Source: Alphaproteobacteria bacterium
GTDB lineage: Bacteria; Pseudomonadota; Alphaproteobacteria; MPNO01
DNA: 64,000 nucleotides
Direction of reading: 5' to 3'
NCBI GenBank assembly: GCA_965248835.1
Contig: CBDFLJ010000002.1
Coordinates: 256,001 to 320,000 of the forward strand
Part shown: positions 20,771-30,758 of the stretch, in pieces
Numbering within the stretch: the first letter of the stretch is position 1
Layout: each line of letters starts with the position of its first letter
Made by a program: the position numbers and the translations under genes
Notes under the pieces: generated by a model
The model's input: only the letters and a program-made list of their open reading frames with translations
Told to the model about the DNA's origin: nothing
The model's database searches: none

Positions 20771-21289
20771 ATGGCGGGACCGAGCGCGGAGATCGCTGCG
20801 GCGATCGCGGACCAGGTCGCGGGCTGCGGCATCGAGCTGGTTACCTCGCTGCCCGACGGCTGGATCGCCGCGCTGATCGAGCGTTTCGAGGCCGACGAGC
20901 GGTTCGACCACGTTCCGGTCAACCGCGAGGAGTCGGCGATCGGGCTGTGCTCGGGCTCGTTCTTCGGCGGCAAGCGGTCCCTGGCGCTGATGGGCGCCTC
21001 GGGGCTGATGACCTGCATCTACGCGATCACCAAGATCAACTATACCTACATGGTGCCGCTGCTGATCTTCATCACCATGCGCGGCCGGCTCGGCGACCGG
21101 GCCAAGTTCCACGTCTCCAACGGGCTCTATCTGGAGCCGGTGATGCGCTCGATCGACCTGTCCTACACGGTCATCGAGCGTCGCGACCAGCTCGACGAGA
21201 TCCGGCGTGCCGACGCCCATTCGCGGATCATCGCCCGCCCCGTCGTGGTCGGCTTCACCCGCGACCTGCTGTACGGGGAGAGCGCGTGA
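20771..21289 (+). CDS. ThDP-dependent decarboxylase alpha subunit (sulfopyruvate/phosphonopyruvate decarboxylase ComD-like)
   Basis: TSLPD, VPVNREESAIGLCSG (conserved Glu), PLLIFITMRG. Confidence 0.8.
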   Translation: MAGPSAEIAAAIADQVAGCGIELVTSLPDGWIAALIERFEADERFDHVPVNREESAIGLCSGSFFGGKRSLALMGASGLMTCIYAITKINYTYMVPLLIFITMRGRLGDRAKFHVSNGLYLEPVMRSIDLSYTVIERRDQLDEIRRADAHSRIIARPVVVGFTRDLLYGESA

Positions 21290-21891
21290 TGGCTATGCCC
21301 ATGCAGGAATGCTTCGAAACGCTTGTCGCGCGCTGGACCGACCAGGTGGTCGTCACCTCGGCCGGCAATGCTTCGGAAATGTGGTGGCGCCTGACCGGGG
21401 AGACCGAGAAGGTGTTCTATCTCGAGGCCTCGATGAGCCTCGCGTCGCTGTTCGCTGCCGGTATCGCACACGGCATCCCCGCAGCCTCGGTCTGGGCGTT
21501 CTCGGGCGACGGAGCGTTCCTGATGAACCCCGGCATGCTGATGGTCGAGCGCCGCATGGCGCTTCCCAACCTCACCCATTTTCTGGTCGCCAACGGCTGC
21601 TACGGGGCGACCTACGAGATCGAGATGGCGGACCAGGGCGAGACCGACTATGCCGGGCTCGCGCGCGCCTCGGGCCTGCGCAACGTCTACAGCTTCGGTG
21701 CGATCGACGACCTGAAGTCCGGGCTCGAGGACGTGATGCGCTCCAACGGCGAATCCTTCGTGGTGCTGGAGGTCGAGCCGGCCGGCGAGGTCCTGCCCGA
21801 CCCGCCGATGGACGGCCCGGAATGCAAGTTCCGCTTCGGCCGCTACCTCGAGCGGACCTACGGGATCCGCATCTTCGACAATCAGCCGTAG
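21289..21891 (+). CDS. ThDP-dependent decarboxylase beta subunit (ComE-like)
   Basis: ThDP motif GDGAFLMN...NGCYG; ATG overlaps the stop of the alpha subunit (TGATG). Confidence 0.8.
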   Translation: MAMPMQECFETLVARWTDQVVVTSAGNASEMWWRLTGETEKVFYLEASMSLASLFAAGIAHGIPAASVWAFSGDGAFLMNPGMLMVERRMALPNLTHFLVANGCYGATYEIEMADQGETDYAGLARASGLRNVYSFGAIDDLKSGLEDVMRSNGESFVVLEVEPAGEVLPDPPMDGPECKFRFGRYLERTYGIRIFDNQP

Positions 21892-21894
21892 AGC

Positions 21895-22830
21895 ATGTTG
21901 CGAACAAGCCGGTCCGGCCCGCGCCGGACCTTCATGGACGGCGAGGGGCCGGCGCACCTGGCGATGCTGCTGGCCGTGCTGATCTTCGGGGTCAACTACG
22001 TCGTCGGCCGCTGGGCCGTCGGCGATGTGCCGGCCTATACGCTGGGGTTCACGCGGTGGACGGTCGGCACATTGGTGCTGCTGCCCTTCGCCTGGCGCCG
22101 TATCGCGGGCGACCGGGCGTGGCTCGGCGCGAACTGGAAGCAGGTGATCCTCGCCGGCTTCCTGATGCCCTTCATGGGCGCCGGCCTGACCTACGTTGCG
22201 CTGATCCATACCGAGGCGATCAACGCCGGGGTGCTGCAAACCTCGCTGCCGGTCTTCATCATCATCCTGTCCTGGCTGGTGCTGCGCGAGCGCACGACGG
22301 CCGCCCAATGGCTCGGCACCTGCGTCGCCATCGCGGGCGTGCTCTATATCGTCTCGCGCGGCCGCGCCGAAGTGCTGCTCGGCATGAGCTTCAATATCGG
22401 CGATGCGATCCTGATCGCCTGCAATTTGGGGCTGGCGGGCTACGCCGTCACCGTGCGCCGGATGGCACCCGGCTATCATCCGCTGACGCTGCTGACCCTG
22501 GTCTGCGCGGTCGGCGCGGCGATCCACGCACCGTTCTTCGCCCTGGAGATGATATCGGACGAGCCGTTCCGGGCGAGCGTGGCGGCAGTGGCCTCGCTGG
22601 CCTTCGTTGCGATCTTTCCTTCGGTGATCGCGGTCATGGGCTGGAACCATGCGATCCGCACGCTCGGCGCGCCCAGGACCGGCTTCTACATGTACCTGGT
22701 GCCGGTCATCGCCGTCGTCGTGGCCGTGCCGCTGCTGGGCGAGGGGATCGGCATCTATCATCTGATCGGCGGCGCGCTGATCGCCGCCGGGGTCAGCGTG
22801 TCGACCCGCAGGCCGCGCGCCGCCGCCTAG
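21895..22830 (+). CDS. EamA/DMT family transporter
   Basis: About 10 TM helices, GVNYVVGR, TEAINAG, FNIGD, YLVPV..LLGE. Confidence 0.9.
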   Translation: MLRTSRSGPRRTFMDGEGPAHLAMLLAVLIFGVNYVVGRWAVGDVPAYTLGFTRWTVGTLVLLPFAWRRIAGDRAWLGANWKQVILAGFLMPFMGAGLTYVALIHTEAINAGVLQTSLPVFIIILSWLVLRERTTAAQWLGTCVAIAGVLYIVSRGRAEVLLGMSFNIGDAILIACNLGLAGYAVTVRRMAPGYHPLTLLTLVCAVGAAIHAPFFALEMISDEPFRASVAAVASLAFVAIFPSVIAVMGWNHAIRTLGAPRTGFYMYLVPVIAVVVAVPLLGEGIGIYHLIGGALIAAGVSVSTRRPRAAA

Positions 22831-22925
22831 CCGGCCGCCGCCGGCGGGGAAGAACCGCATCGGCGGCTTGCCTTTCCGGGAAATTGTCGCGCACTATCTC
22901 CGCCTTCAACGGGGAGGAGAAGACG

Positions 22926-24095
22926 ATGACCTACGACCCGAGAACAGCGACCGGCATTCCGACGGAGCCGGTCGGTTCCCTGCCCCGGCCGATGAAATTG
23001 CAGGAGGCCTACGCGGCCTATGACGAGGGCAAGATCGGCAGGGACGAGCTGGAAGCGGAGCAGGACAAGGCCGTGCGAGATTCGATTTCCCGGATGGAGG
23101 CGACCGGCTCGCCGATCGTCTCGGACGGCGAGCAGCGCTGGTCGAGCTTTGCGACCTACCCGATCACCGATACGCTGGCCGGCACCGGCCTTGCCGAGCA
23201 TCTCGGCCCGGGCGGGCAGTACTTCGCGATTTTCGCCGACGGCCACCATCGCCAGTTGCCGCGCCTGACGGGCGGGCCGTTCCGCTACAAGACCTATGCG
23301 GCCGATTCCCTCCGCAAGGCGCTCGCAGTCGCGAGCAAGCCGATGAAACAGGCGGTGATTTCGCCTTCGATGCTCGCTCTGCTGTACGCGCTTGACGAAG
23401 AAATCGAAGGCTACCCGCGCGAACGGTTCGAAAGCGACCTGATCGACGAATGCGAGAAGGATGTGCGCGCGGCATTCGACGCCGGCGCCGCGCGGGTGTC
23501 GATCGACTTCACGGAAGGCCGGCTGTCCTGCCGCAACGATTCGCGCAACCCGTGGACGGGGCGCAACATGCTTCCGCACTTCGTGGACCTGATCAACGGC
23601 GTGGTCGATCGCTTCACGGTCGAGGAACGGCGCAATATCGGGGTCCACACCTGCCCCGGCGGCGATTGCGACTCGGTCCACAGCGCCGATGTGCCCTATA
23701 ACGACATGCTGCCCAGCATGTTCCAGATCAACGCCGGCTACTTCCTGATACAGCTTTCGAGCGAACGCAATCGGGACCAGGTCTACAAGGACATCGGCGC
23801 CAGCCTGCGCGAAGACGCGAACGGCCTCGCCCAGATGGCCTATGTCGGCGTGACCAACCCGCAAAACCCCCGGGTCGAGTCCCCCGAAGAGGTGCGGGAC
23901 CAGCTTCTCGCCGCGGCGAAGCATATCGCCAAGGAGCAGCTCGGCTCGACCGATGACTGCGGCTTCTCGCCGTTCAGCATCGACGTCAAGCCCAATCACG
24001 GCTCGCCCGGCTACGCCCGGGACGTCGCCTTCCAGAAGATCGAAAGCCGGGTGAAGGGCACGACGATGGCGGCCGAGGAGCTCGGCGTTCACTAG
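22926..24095 (+). CDS. Cobalamin-independent methionine synthase catalytic-domain (core MetE-like) protein
   Basis: TEPVGSLPRP, SDGEQ, Zn ligands VHTCPG and DDCGFSPF; single domain of 389 aa; SD GAGGAG. Confidence 0.85.
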   Translation: MTYDPRTATGIPTEPVGSLPRPMKLQEAYAAYDEGKIGRDELEAEQDKAVRDSISRMEATGSPIVSDGEQRWSSFATYPITDTLAGTGLAEHLGPGGQYFAIFADGHHRQLPRLTGGPFRYKTYAADSLRKALAVASKPMKQAVISPSMLALLYALDEEIEGYPRERFESDLIDECEKDVRAAFDAGAARVSIDFTEGRLSCRNDSRNPWTGRNMLPHFVDLINGVVDRFTVEERRNIGVHTCPGGDCDSVHSADVPYNDMLPSMFQINAGYFLIQLSSERNRDQVYKDIGASLREDANGLAQMAYVGVTNPQNPRVESPEEVRDQLLAAAKHIAKEQLGSTDDCGFSPFSIDVKPNHGSPGYARDVAFQKIESRVKGTTMAAEELGVH

Positions 24096-24146
24096 GGCCT
24101 GATCGGTTGGGGCGGAGCCGGTGTTTTGCGTCGGCATGGGCGCCGA

Positions 24147-24182
24147 CCCCGATCGAGGCCCCCTTCGAGGCCCCGATCGAGG
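24147..24182. repeat. Three tandem 12-bp direct repeats
   Basis: CCCCGATCGAGG / CCCCCTTCGAGG / CCCCGATCGAGG, 60 nt upstream of the AhpD-related gene. Confidence 0.7.
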
Positions 24183-24241
24183 ATAGCACTCACCCCGTGG
24201 AATGCAGCCCGATCGGTCCCGGGCGGAAACGGAGCCAGGGA

Positions 24242-25339
24242 ATGACTGAACCCACTTACGAAGCCGCCGGTGTGCCGGTCCGCGAGGCCATCCTCGAGGC
24301 GCACCGCAACGTGTGGCGGCGCATCGCCAGGCCGGGCGCGTGGTTGGACGGCCAGACACGGGTGGCCATCGCCGCGGAAAGCCGCAATGCGCGGGCCTGT
24401 GCGCTCTGCGCGGAGCGCAAGGCGGCCTTGTCACCCTACGCGGTCCAGGGCACGCACGATTCCCGCGGCGGTCTGCCCGAGGCGATTGTCGAGATCGTCC
24501 ACCGCATCGTCACCGATCCGGCCCGTCTGCAGCGGCAATGGTACGAGGCGGTCCTGGCCGACGGGGTGACGCAGACCGAATATGTCGAGGTCGTGGGCGT
24601 GGTGTGCTCGACCGTCGCTGTGGACACGTTTGCGCGCGCGCTGGGCGTGGCCGCGCCGGATCTGCCCGCGCCCGAGCCCGGGGCGCCCGGCCGTCGTCGT
24701 CCCGAGGGGATCAAGCCCGGACGCGCCTGGGTGCCGTGGATCGCCCCGGAGGACGCGAGCGAGGCCGAGGCCGACCTCTACGAGCATGGCGGGGCGAACA
24801 TCCGCCGCGCCCTGACGTCGGTGCCCGACGAGCAGCGCGGGTTCTTCGAGCTGGCCCACGCGCAATACCTGTCGGGCCCCCAGATCCGTGACGTCGGCAC
24901 CGACTACCGCGCAATCACCCGGCCGCAGATCGAGCTCCTCGCCGGCAGGGTGTCCGCGCTCAACCAGTGCGTCTACTGAACCACCAGCCATGCCATGATG
25001 CTCCGTGCGAGCATCGAAAAGAACCAGGTGGACTACGAATTGGGCGGCGTCATCGGCGACGGTGATGGGGGGATTCCGCAAGGCGGGCTTCTGATCGCGT
25101 TCGCCGAAGCTGTCGTCGGCACCGATGACGGACGACTGCATGAGGCGCGCGCGGCGCTGCTGGACGCCCTGGGGCCGGCCGCCCTGGTCGATGCCGCCGG
25201 CGTCGTGGCGACGTTCAATGCCATCGATCGCGTCGCCGATGCGACCGGCACGCCGATCGAAGACGAGCGGATCGAGGCGACCGCGGAGGTGCGTGCGGCG
25301 CTCGGCATCGACCGGTTCCCATCCGCCACCGTTGCCTGA
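24242..25339 (+). CDS. AhpD-related alkylhydroperoxidase-like selenoprotein (Sec at codon 246)
   Basis: ORFs 24107-24979 and 24995-25339 are in frame across TGA 24977-24979, giving VSALNQCVY-U-TTSH, the AhpD CxxC-xxxH motif as CxxU; SECIS-like hairpin at 24997-25015. Confidence 0.85.
24997..25015 (+). promoter_or_regulatory. Bacterial SECIS-like hairpin
   Basis: GATGCTC-CGTGC-GAGCATC, perfect 7-bp stem starting 18 nt after the UGA, G near the start of the apical loop. Confidence 0.7.
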
Positions 25340-25504
25340 GCGTCCCGGACATGTGGGCGGTCCCCCGTCCCGATCCCGGAGGAAAGAGGCCTGCCGAGCC
25401 GACCCGGAAAAGATGGCCGGTGACGACCGCGCCTACTACCGTGAGATGATCGAAGCCGGCATGGCGGATACCTCCGGTCCAAAAAACCGCCCGCCGCCGC
25501 CGGT

Positions 25505-26326
25505 TTAGACCCGGCCCGCCTCCTGGATGACCGCAGTGTCAGTGTAGCCGGCGATCCAGCGCTCCATCATTGCCATGCACACCGGATCGAGGTCGAAGCG
25601 CGGCTCGGGGTCGGCGTCCCAGTGGCCGCAGCAATCCTGTCCGCGGACCAGCATCGCCGTGCGCCGACCGATGCTGGAGCGCACATGGGTCGGGATGTAG
25701 ATGAACGAAACGCCCATGCGGCGGTAGTCGGCGCGGTTGGGCTCCGAGCCGTGGATCAGCTTCTCGTGGTGGATCGAGAACTGGCCGGCCCTGAGCACCA
25801 GATCGACCGCGCGGCTGTCGTCGATGCCGCTGAGCGCCTGGCCGCGCGACAGCAGGTTGTCGGGATCGTAGGTTTCCTCGTGGATCAGCTCCGCGCCCCT
25901 GTGGCTTCCCGGGATCACCCGCACGCAGCCGCTCTGCGGCGTCGAGTCGCTGAGCGCCAGCCAGACCGTCGCCTCGGTATGCGGGTCGAGCCCGTAATAG
26001 GCCGAATCCTGGTGCCAGGACACGTAGGCGCCGTCGTGCGCGCCCTTGAACCAGAGGCTCGACAGATAGACCAGGATGTCCGGTCCCAGCACGTCCTCGA
26101 CCGCATCGAGGATCGCCGGGTCACGGGCGAGCGCAACGAGCGCGGGGAACACCAGGTGGCATTTGATGCGCAGCGTCTTTGTGGCGTTAACCGAGTGCTC
26201 GGCTTCGTAAGCCTCGAACATCGCGCGCAAGGCCGCCGCCCGCTCGGCGCCGATCCCTTCGATCGGGGCGACGAAGCCGTCGCGCTCGAAGGCCTCGATC
26301 TGGTCCCGGCGCAGCACCTTGCCCAC
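25505..26326 (-). CDS. Phytanoyl-CoA dioxygenase (PhyH) family Fe(II)/2-oxoglutarate dioxygenase
   Basis: VSWHQDSAYYG (HxD), IPGSH, IHGSEPN..RR. Confidence 0.9.
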   Translation of the reverse strand: MGKVLRRDQIEAFERDGFVAPIEGIGAERAAALRAMFEAYEAEHSVNATKTLRIKCHLVFPALVALARDPAILDAVEDVLGPDILVYLSSLWFKGAHDGAYVSWHQDSAYYGLDPHTEATVWLALSDSTPQSGCVRVIPGSHRGAELIHEETYDPDNLLSRGQALSGIDDSRAVDLVLRAGQFSIHHEKLIHGSEPNRADYRRMGVSFIYIPTHVRSSIGRRTAMLVRGQDCCGHWDADPEPRFDLDPVCMAMMERWIAGYTDTAVIQEAGRV

Positions 26327-26333
26327 GGCCTGT

Positions 26334-27194
26334 TCAGATCCCCATCATGTCGCGGACCGCACGCATCAGCTTGCCGTCGGGGTTCTGGAAGTCGAAGACG
26401 ATATCGAAATGGTTGGTCTCGTTCATGTCGACCGCGGTGCAGCCGAACCCCGCCTTGCGCCAGGCCTCGGCGAAGATATAGGTCTGGCGTTTGAACTCTT
26501 CGGTCTCGTTGCCGCCATGGGAGACGATCAGCGGGCAGCCGGCCTCGGGCAGGTTGTGGATCGGGCTGTTGCGCCGCGCCGACTCGGGGTCGAGCTTGAT
26601 CCACTCATTGACCTCCGAAAGCATCACCGGCTCCAGGTCGAACAGCCCGCTCAGCGCGCAGGCGCCCTTGACGATGTCGGCCGGAACGCCCTGCCCGTCA
26701 TGCCAGCCGCCGGCGATCATCGCTCCTGTCAGATGTCCGCCGGCTGAACTGCCGCACACGAAGATCCTCTCCCGATCGCCGCCGAACGAGGCCGCGTTGC
26801 GCCAAGTCCAGGCGAGCGCTGCGCGGCATTGGCCGACGATGGTATCCAGGCTCGCTTCCGGCGCCAGGGAGTAGTTGACCGTCACCACCGCCGCGCCCAG
26901 CCCGACGAAGGCCTCGGCCATGAACGCCGATTCCTTCTGGCTCAGCATCCGCCAGTATCCGCCGTGAATGTAGAAGAAGACCGGTGCGTTCACGCCGGCC
27001 GGATAGATGTCCACGACCTCGTCCGGATGGCTGCCATAGGCGATGTCGGCCCGGCACTCCAACCGCTGTCTCGCGCGTGCGCTGTCGGATCCGTAGCGGG
27101 CGACCAGGGCCTCGAACTCCGCTACGGGGACCGTCGCCCGCGCGCGGTACTGGGCATCGAGGCTCGCTTGGTCGAAGTCGCGATAGACGCTCAT
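26334..27194 (-). CDS. Alpha/beta hydrolase, arylformamidase (kynurenine formamidase)-like
   Basis: LDAQY, YIHGGYWR, GSSAGGHL, SGLFDL, NHFDI. Confidence 0.85.
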   Translation of the reverse strand: MSVYRDFDQASLDAQYRARATVPVAEFEALVARYGSDSARARQRLECRADIAYGSHPDEVVDIYPAGVNAPVFFYIHGGYWRMLSQKESAFMAEAFVGLGAAVVTVNYSLAPEASLDTIVGQCRAALAWTWRNAASFGGDRERIFVCGSSAGGHLTGAMIAGGWHDGQGVPADIVKGACALSGLFDLEPVMLSEVNEWIKLDPESARRNSPIHNLPEAGCPLIVSHGGNETEEFKRQTYIFAEAWRKAGFGCTAVDMNETNHFDIVFDFQNPDGKLMRAVRDMMGI

Positions 27195-28420
27195 GTCGGC
27201 TCCCGGTTCCCGGCCTGTTGCCGCTCCCGCCAACGCGCCGGTTCCTCGGCGGAGAACACCAGGGCCGCGCCGACCCCGGCCGCGGCCGCGCTGAAGACGA
27301 TGGCAATGGTGTAGCTCTGCCAGAGGTCGAAGGCAACGCCGGCCAGCGCCGGCCCGACGAACGCGCCCAGCCCGACCCCGGTATAGAGCACGCCGATGAT
27401 CCCGCTGAGCGCGCGGGTGCCGAAATAGTCCGCCATCACCGCAGGCGCAAGCGCCACCGCTCCGCCGTAGCACGCGCCGACCACGAACGCGAAGCCGCCG
27501 AGCGCTGCGAACCCGCTGGCCACGAGCCACCACAGGCTGCTCAGCGAGAGGCCCGCAAAGGTCAGCGCGAGCGCCCGCCACCGGCCGATCCGATCGGCTG
27601 CCCCGCCGATCGCGAACCGCCCGATCATGCTGCCGAGGCCGAGCAGGCTCAGCAGGACCGCCGCCGTCCCCGGCGCAATCCCGCGGTCCTCGGCAAACGG
27701 GATCAGGTGAACCATCGGGATGAACTGCCCGAAGGACGCGCACAGGAAGCCGATCAGCACCAGCGCGAACGGGCGCGAGCGCACCGCCCGGCCGAGTTCG
27801 ACGCCCTTCGCCGGTTCGGCACCGCGCATGCGGCCGCGCCGCGCCGGATCGCTGACCATCATTCCCGCGCCGCCGCCGAGCACGATCACCGCCAGGCCGA
27901 TCACCAGGAAGGCCGTCCGCCAGCCCATCTCGGCGATCACCAGCGCGGCCAGCGGCGGCACCACCAGCGTGCCGGCACCGATGCCGGAGACCGCAAGCCC
28001 CGAGGCCAGACCGCGGCGGCGGTCGAACCATTTCTGGACCGCAGCGACCGCCGGCACGTAGGACAGCCCGATCCCGACGCCGATGCCGATGCCGAACGCG
28101 GCCTGAACCTGCCACAACGCATCCGCCTGGCTGGCCGCGACGAGCCCGGCACCGACCAGCGCTGTGCCGCCGGCGACCAGCATCCGCGGTCCGATGCGGT
28201 CGGCGAGCACGCCGCTGCCGGGGCCGACCGCGAACAGCACCACCGCGGATACCGAAAAGGCCAGCGCCACCGCGCCGCGCGAGGCGCCGAACGCGTCCTG
28301 CAGGGGTGCGAAGAACGTCCCGAAGCTGTAAGCGCTGCCGAACCCCAGCAGAAGGATGACGAAGGTGCCGCCGACGGCGGCCCAGCCGTGCCGGGAATCC
28401 AGCTGCGCGGTCCTGCTCAC
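27191..28420 (-). CDS. MFS transporter (monocarboxylate/OFA-like)
   Basis: 12 TM, GVLADRIGPR, KWFDRRRGLASGLA, ADYFG. Confidence 0.9.
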   Translation of the reverse strand: MSRTAQLDSRHGWAAVGGTFVILLLGFGSAYSFGTFFAPLQDAFGASRGAVALAFSVSAVVLFAVGPGSGVLADRIGPRMLVAGGTALVGAGLVAASQADALWQVQAAFGIGIGVGIGLSYVPAVAAVQKWFDRRRGLASGLAVSGIGAGTLVVPPLAALVIAEMGWRTAFLVIGLAVIVLGGGAGMMVSDPARRGRMRGAEPAKGVELGRAVRSRPFALVLIGFLCASFGQFIPMVHLIPFAEDRGIAPGTAAVLLSLLGLGSMIGRFAIGGAADRIGRWRALALTFAGLSLSSLWWLVASGFAALGGFAFVVGACYGGAVALAPAVMADYFGTRALSGIIGVLYTGVGLGAFVGPALAGVAFDLWQSYTIAIVFSAAAAGVGAALVFSAEEPARWRERQQAGNREPT

Positions 28421-28821
28421 GCGGTGTCCGGGCGGCGAAGTCCGCTAATCGGCGTCCGGATCGGCCACGCCTCGCGCGGCGCCTTCGCGAAGCGCGACGG
28501 CGGAACCGCCGACCGCCAGCCGGCGGTCCTGCCGCCGCGGACGGCCACCCCTTCGATACGACTGTTCATCCCGCCCGATCGCGCCCGGCACGAAGTCGAT
28601 TTGCGCCGAAGCTATCACGAATGCCCATCGCGGTGTGTGCCCGGTAACCGACCGCCCGCGGCGCTACTTTCCGCGCGCTGCCTCCAGCCGTGTCGGGCTC
28701 GTGCCGAAACACGCCGGACACCGCATCGGCACCCTGTCTTGTTCGGCCCGGCGGCGACCGCAACCCCGGCGTCGAAACGCTGCTTCTGACCAATACGATC
28801 CTGCTGAAGCGCCGTCTCTGA

Positions 28822-29631
28822 TCAGATCTCCGCCTTCGGATCGAAGTTCGGTCGGCGCTTTTCCTGCAGGCTGGCGAGCCCTTCCCGCGCGTCCGGCCCG
28901 GTAAAGCCGAGGAACTCCAGCGCGAGCGAGGCATCGAAGGTCGGCCCCATCATGCGCAGCCAGTTGTTGAGTGCGTATTTGGTCCAGCGGATCGCGGTGG
29001 GTGCGCCGCGGGCGAGTTTCCTGGCAACGCTCAGAGCGGTCTCGAACAGTTCGCTTTCTTCGACGGCCAGCGCGACCAGGCCGATCCGTTCGGCCTCCTC
29101 GCCGCTCATCGGCTCGCACAGCAGGAGGTAGTATTTGGCCTTCGCCATGCCGCAGAGCAGCGGCCAGATGATCGCCGCGTGATCGCCCGCGGCCACCCCG
29201 AGCCTGGTATGGCCGTCGATGATCCGCGCGTCCTTGGCGGCGATCGGGATGTCGGCCATCAGCCCGCAAACCAGACCCGCACCGACCGCCGGCCCGTGCA
29301 TTGCCGACACCACGGGCTTGGAGCAGTTGAGGATGCCGTAGACCATATCGCGCGCCTCTCGCCAGACTCGCGCGCGGATGTCGAAATCGTTGACGATGCC
29401 TTCGACCAGCTCGAGGTCGCCGCCGGCCGAGAACGCCTCGCCCGCGCCGCGGATGATCGCCACCGAGACGTCGGGATCGGCCTCGATGTCGGCCCAGATC
29501 CGTACCAGCTCGGCATGCATCACCGCATCGGCGGCGTTGAGCTTGCCCGGCGTGTCCAGGATGATCTCCCGGATGCGGGGCTCGGGTGTGGCGAACTTCA
29601 GGCGCTCGTAGCCGGCGTAGCGGTCGGTCAT
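28822..29631 (-). CDS. Enoyl-CoA hydratase/isomerase family protein
   Basis: [36 protein letters not shown]. Confidence 0.92.
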   Translation of the reverse strand: MTDRYAGYERLKFATPEPRIREIILDTPGKLNAADAVMHAELVRIWADIEADPDVSVAIIRGAGEAFSAGGDLELVEGIVNDFDIRARVWREARDMVYGILNCSKPVVSAMHGPAVGAGLVCGLMADIPIAAKDARIIDGHTRLGVAAGDHAAIIWPLLCGMAKAKYYLLLCEPMSGEEAERIGLVALAVEESELFETALSVARKLARGAPTAIRWTKYALNNWLRMMGPTFDASLALEFLGFTGPDAREGLASLQEKRRPNFDPKAEI

Positions 29632-29734
29632 GGCATGGTCCCTCGCACGGTCGGTTTCGGGGCGGCGTGCTGGACGCCTCGGCGAACCTATCCTAGAACC
29701 TGGGGCCTGGACACAATCGGCGTGAGGGATCCCA

Positions 29735-30715
29735 ATGGCGCTCAAGCTCAACTTCGCCTGCGGCAGCTACGACAGGATGGAGCCTCTGAAGGACGGCTCG
29801 GTCCGGCCTGAGGGCATCGATCTCGCGTTTCTGGCCGTGGAGTCGCCGCGGGAGATCTTTGACCGCATGGCCGGCTCCCAGGCCTTCGATGCCTCGGAGA
29901 TGTCGACCTCCGAATTCATCAGCATGACCGACGCCGGCCGGTGCCCGTTCGTCGCCATCCCGGTCTTTCCGTCCAAGGCTTTTCGCCACGGCTTCATCTG
30001 CATCAACAAGAATGCCGGGATCAGGACCGCAAAGGACCTGGAGGGCAAGCGTGTGGGCGTTCCGCTCTACACCCAGACCGCCGCGGTCTGGGTGCGCGGG
30101 CACCTGGCCGAGGGCTACGGCGTGGACCTCGACACCATCGCGTGGATCCAGGGTGCGGTCGAGAAGGCCGGCACCCACGGCACGCCGACCGCGATGCCGC
30201 TTCTGAAGCCGGCCAACATCACGCAGAACGAAACCGGCCGGTCGCTGTCGGACATGTTGGCCGAAGGCGAGATCGATGCGTTGCTTGGCTCGCGCCTGCC
30301 CGATTCCCTGTTCGAGAGCGACCAGGTTGTCCGGCTGTTTCCCGACTACCGCGCGGTCGAGCGCGACTTCTACATCAGGACCAGGATCCACCCGATCATG
30401 CACCTGGTGGCGATCCGCAAGGACCTCTACGAGGCCGAGCCTTGGATCGCCGCCTCGCTGTACCGCGCCATGGAAGACTCCAAGAACCGGGCACTCGCGC
30501 GGCTGCGCCACTCCGCCGCCCAGAAGGTCATGCTGCCCTTCTTGTTCGCCGATATCGACGAGATCGACGAAGTCTTCGGCGGTGATCCCTGGCCCTATGG
30601 CGTGGAGTCGAACCGCCCGACTCTGGAGGCCTTGATGCGCCACATGCTTGACCAGAACTTCATCAGCGAGCCGATCCCGATCGACTCGCTGTTCGTGCCG
30701 GTCGACACCGTGTGA
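29735..30715 (+). CDS. 4,5-dihydroxyphthalate decarboxylase-like protein (periplasmic-binding-protein fold)
   Basis: [50 protein letters not shown]. Confidence 0.8.
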   Translation: MALKLNFACGSYDRMEPLKDGSVRPEGIDLAFLAVESPREIFDRMAGSQAFDASEMSTSEFISMTDAGRCPFVAIPVFPSKAFRHGFICINKNAGIRTAKDLEGKRVGVPLYTQTAAVWVRGHLAEGYGVDLDTIAWIQGAVEKAGTHGTPTAMPLLKPANITQNETGRSLSDMLAEGEIDALLGSRLPDSLFESDQVVRLFPDYRAVERDFYIRTRIHPIMHLVAIRKDLYEAEPWIAASLYRAMEDSKNRALARLRHSAAQKVMLPFLFADIDEIDEVFGGDPWPYGVESNRPTLEALMRHMLDQNFISEPIPIDSLFVPVDTV

Positions 30716-30758
30716 TCGTGCGCTCAATATAGGTGACCACCGAGCGAGGACTGACGCG

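Noticed and set aside
21207-24095. 962-aa ORF suggesting a large MetE fusion
   Set aside because: The N-terminal 573 codons are an off-frame overlap of the ComE-like and EamA genes; the real start is ATG 22926 with its own SD
25380-25508. Protein-like fragment (ADPEKMAGDDRAYYREMIEAGMAD) after the AhpD gene
   Set aside because: Too short to assign; possibly a gene remnant or chance
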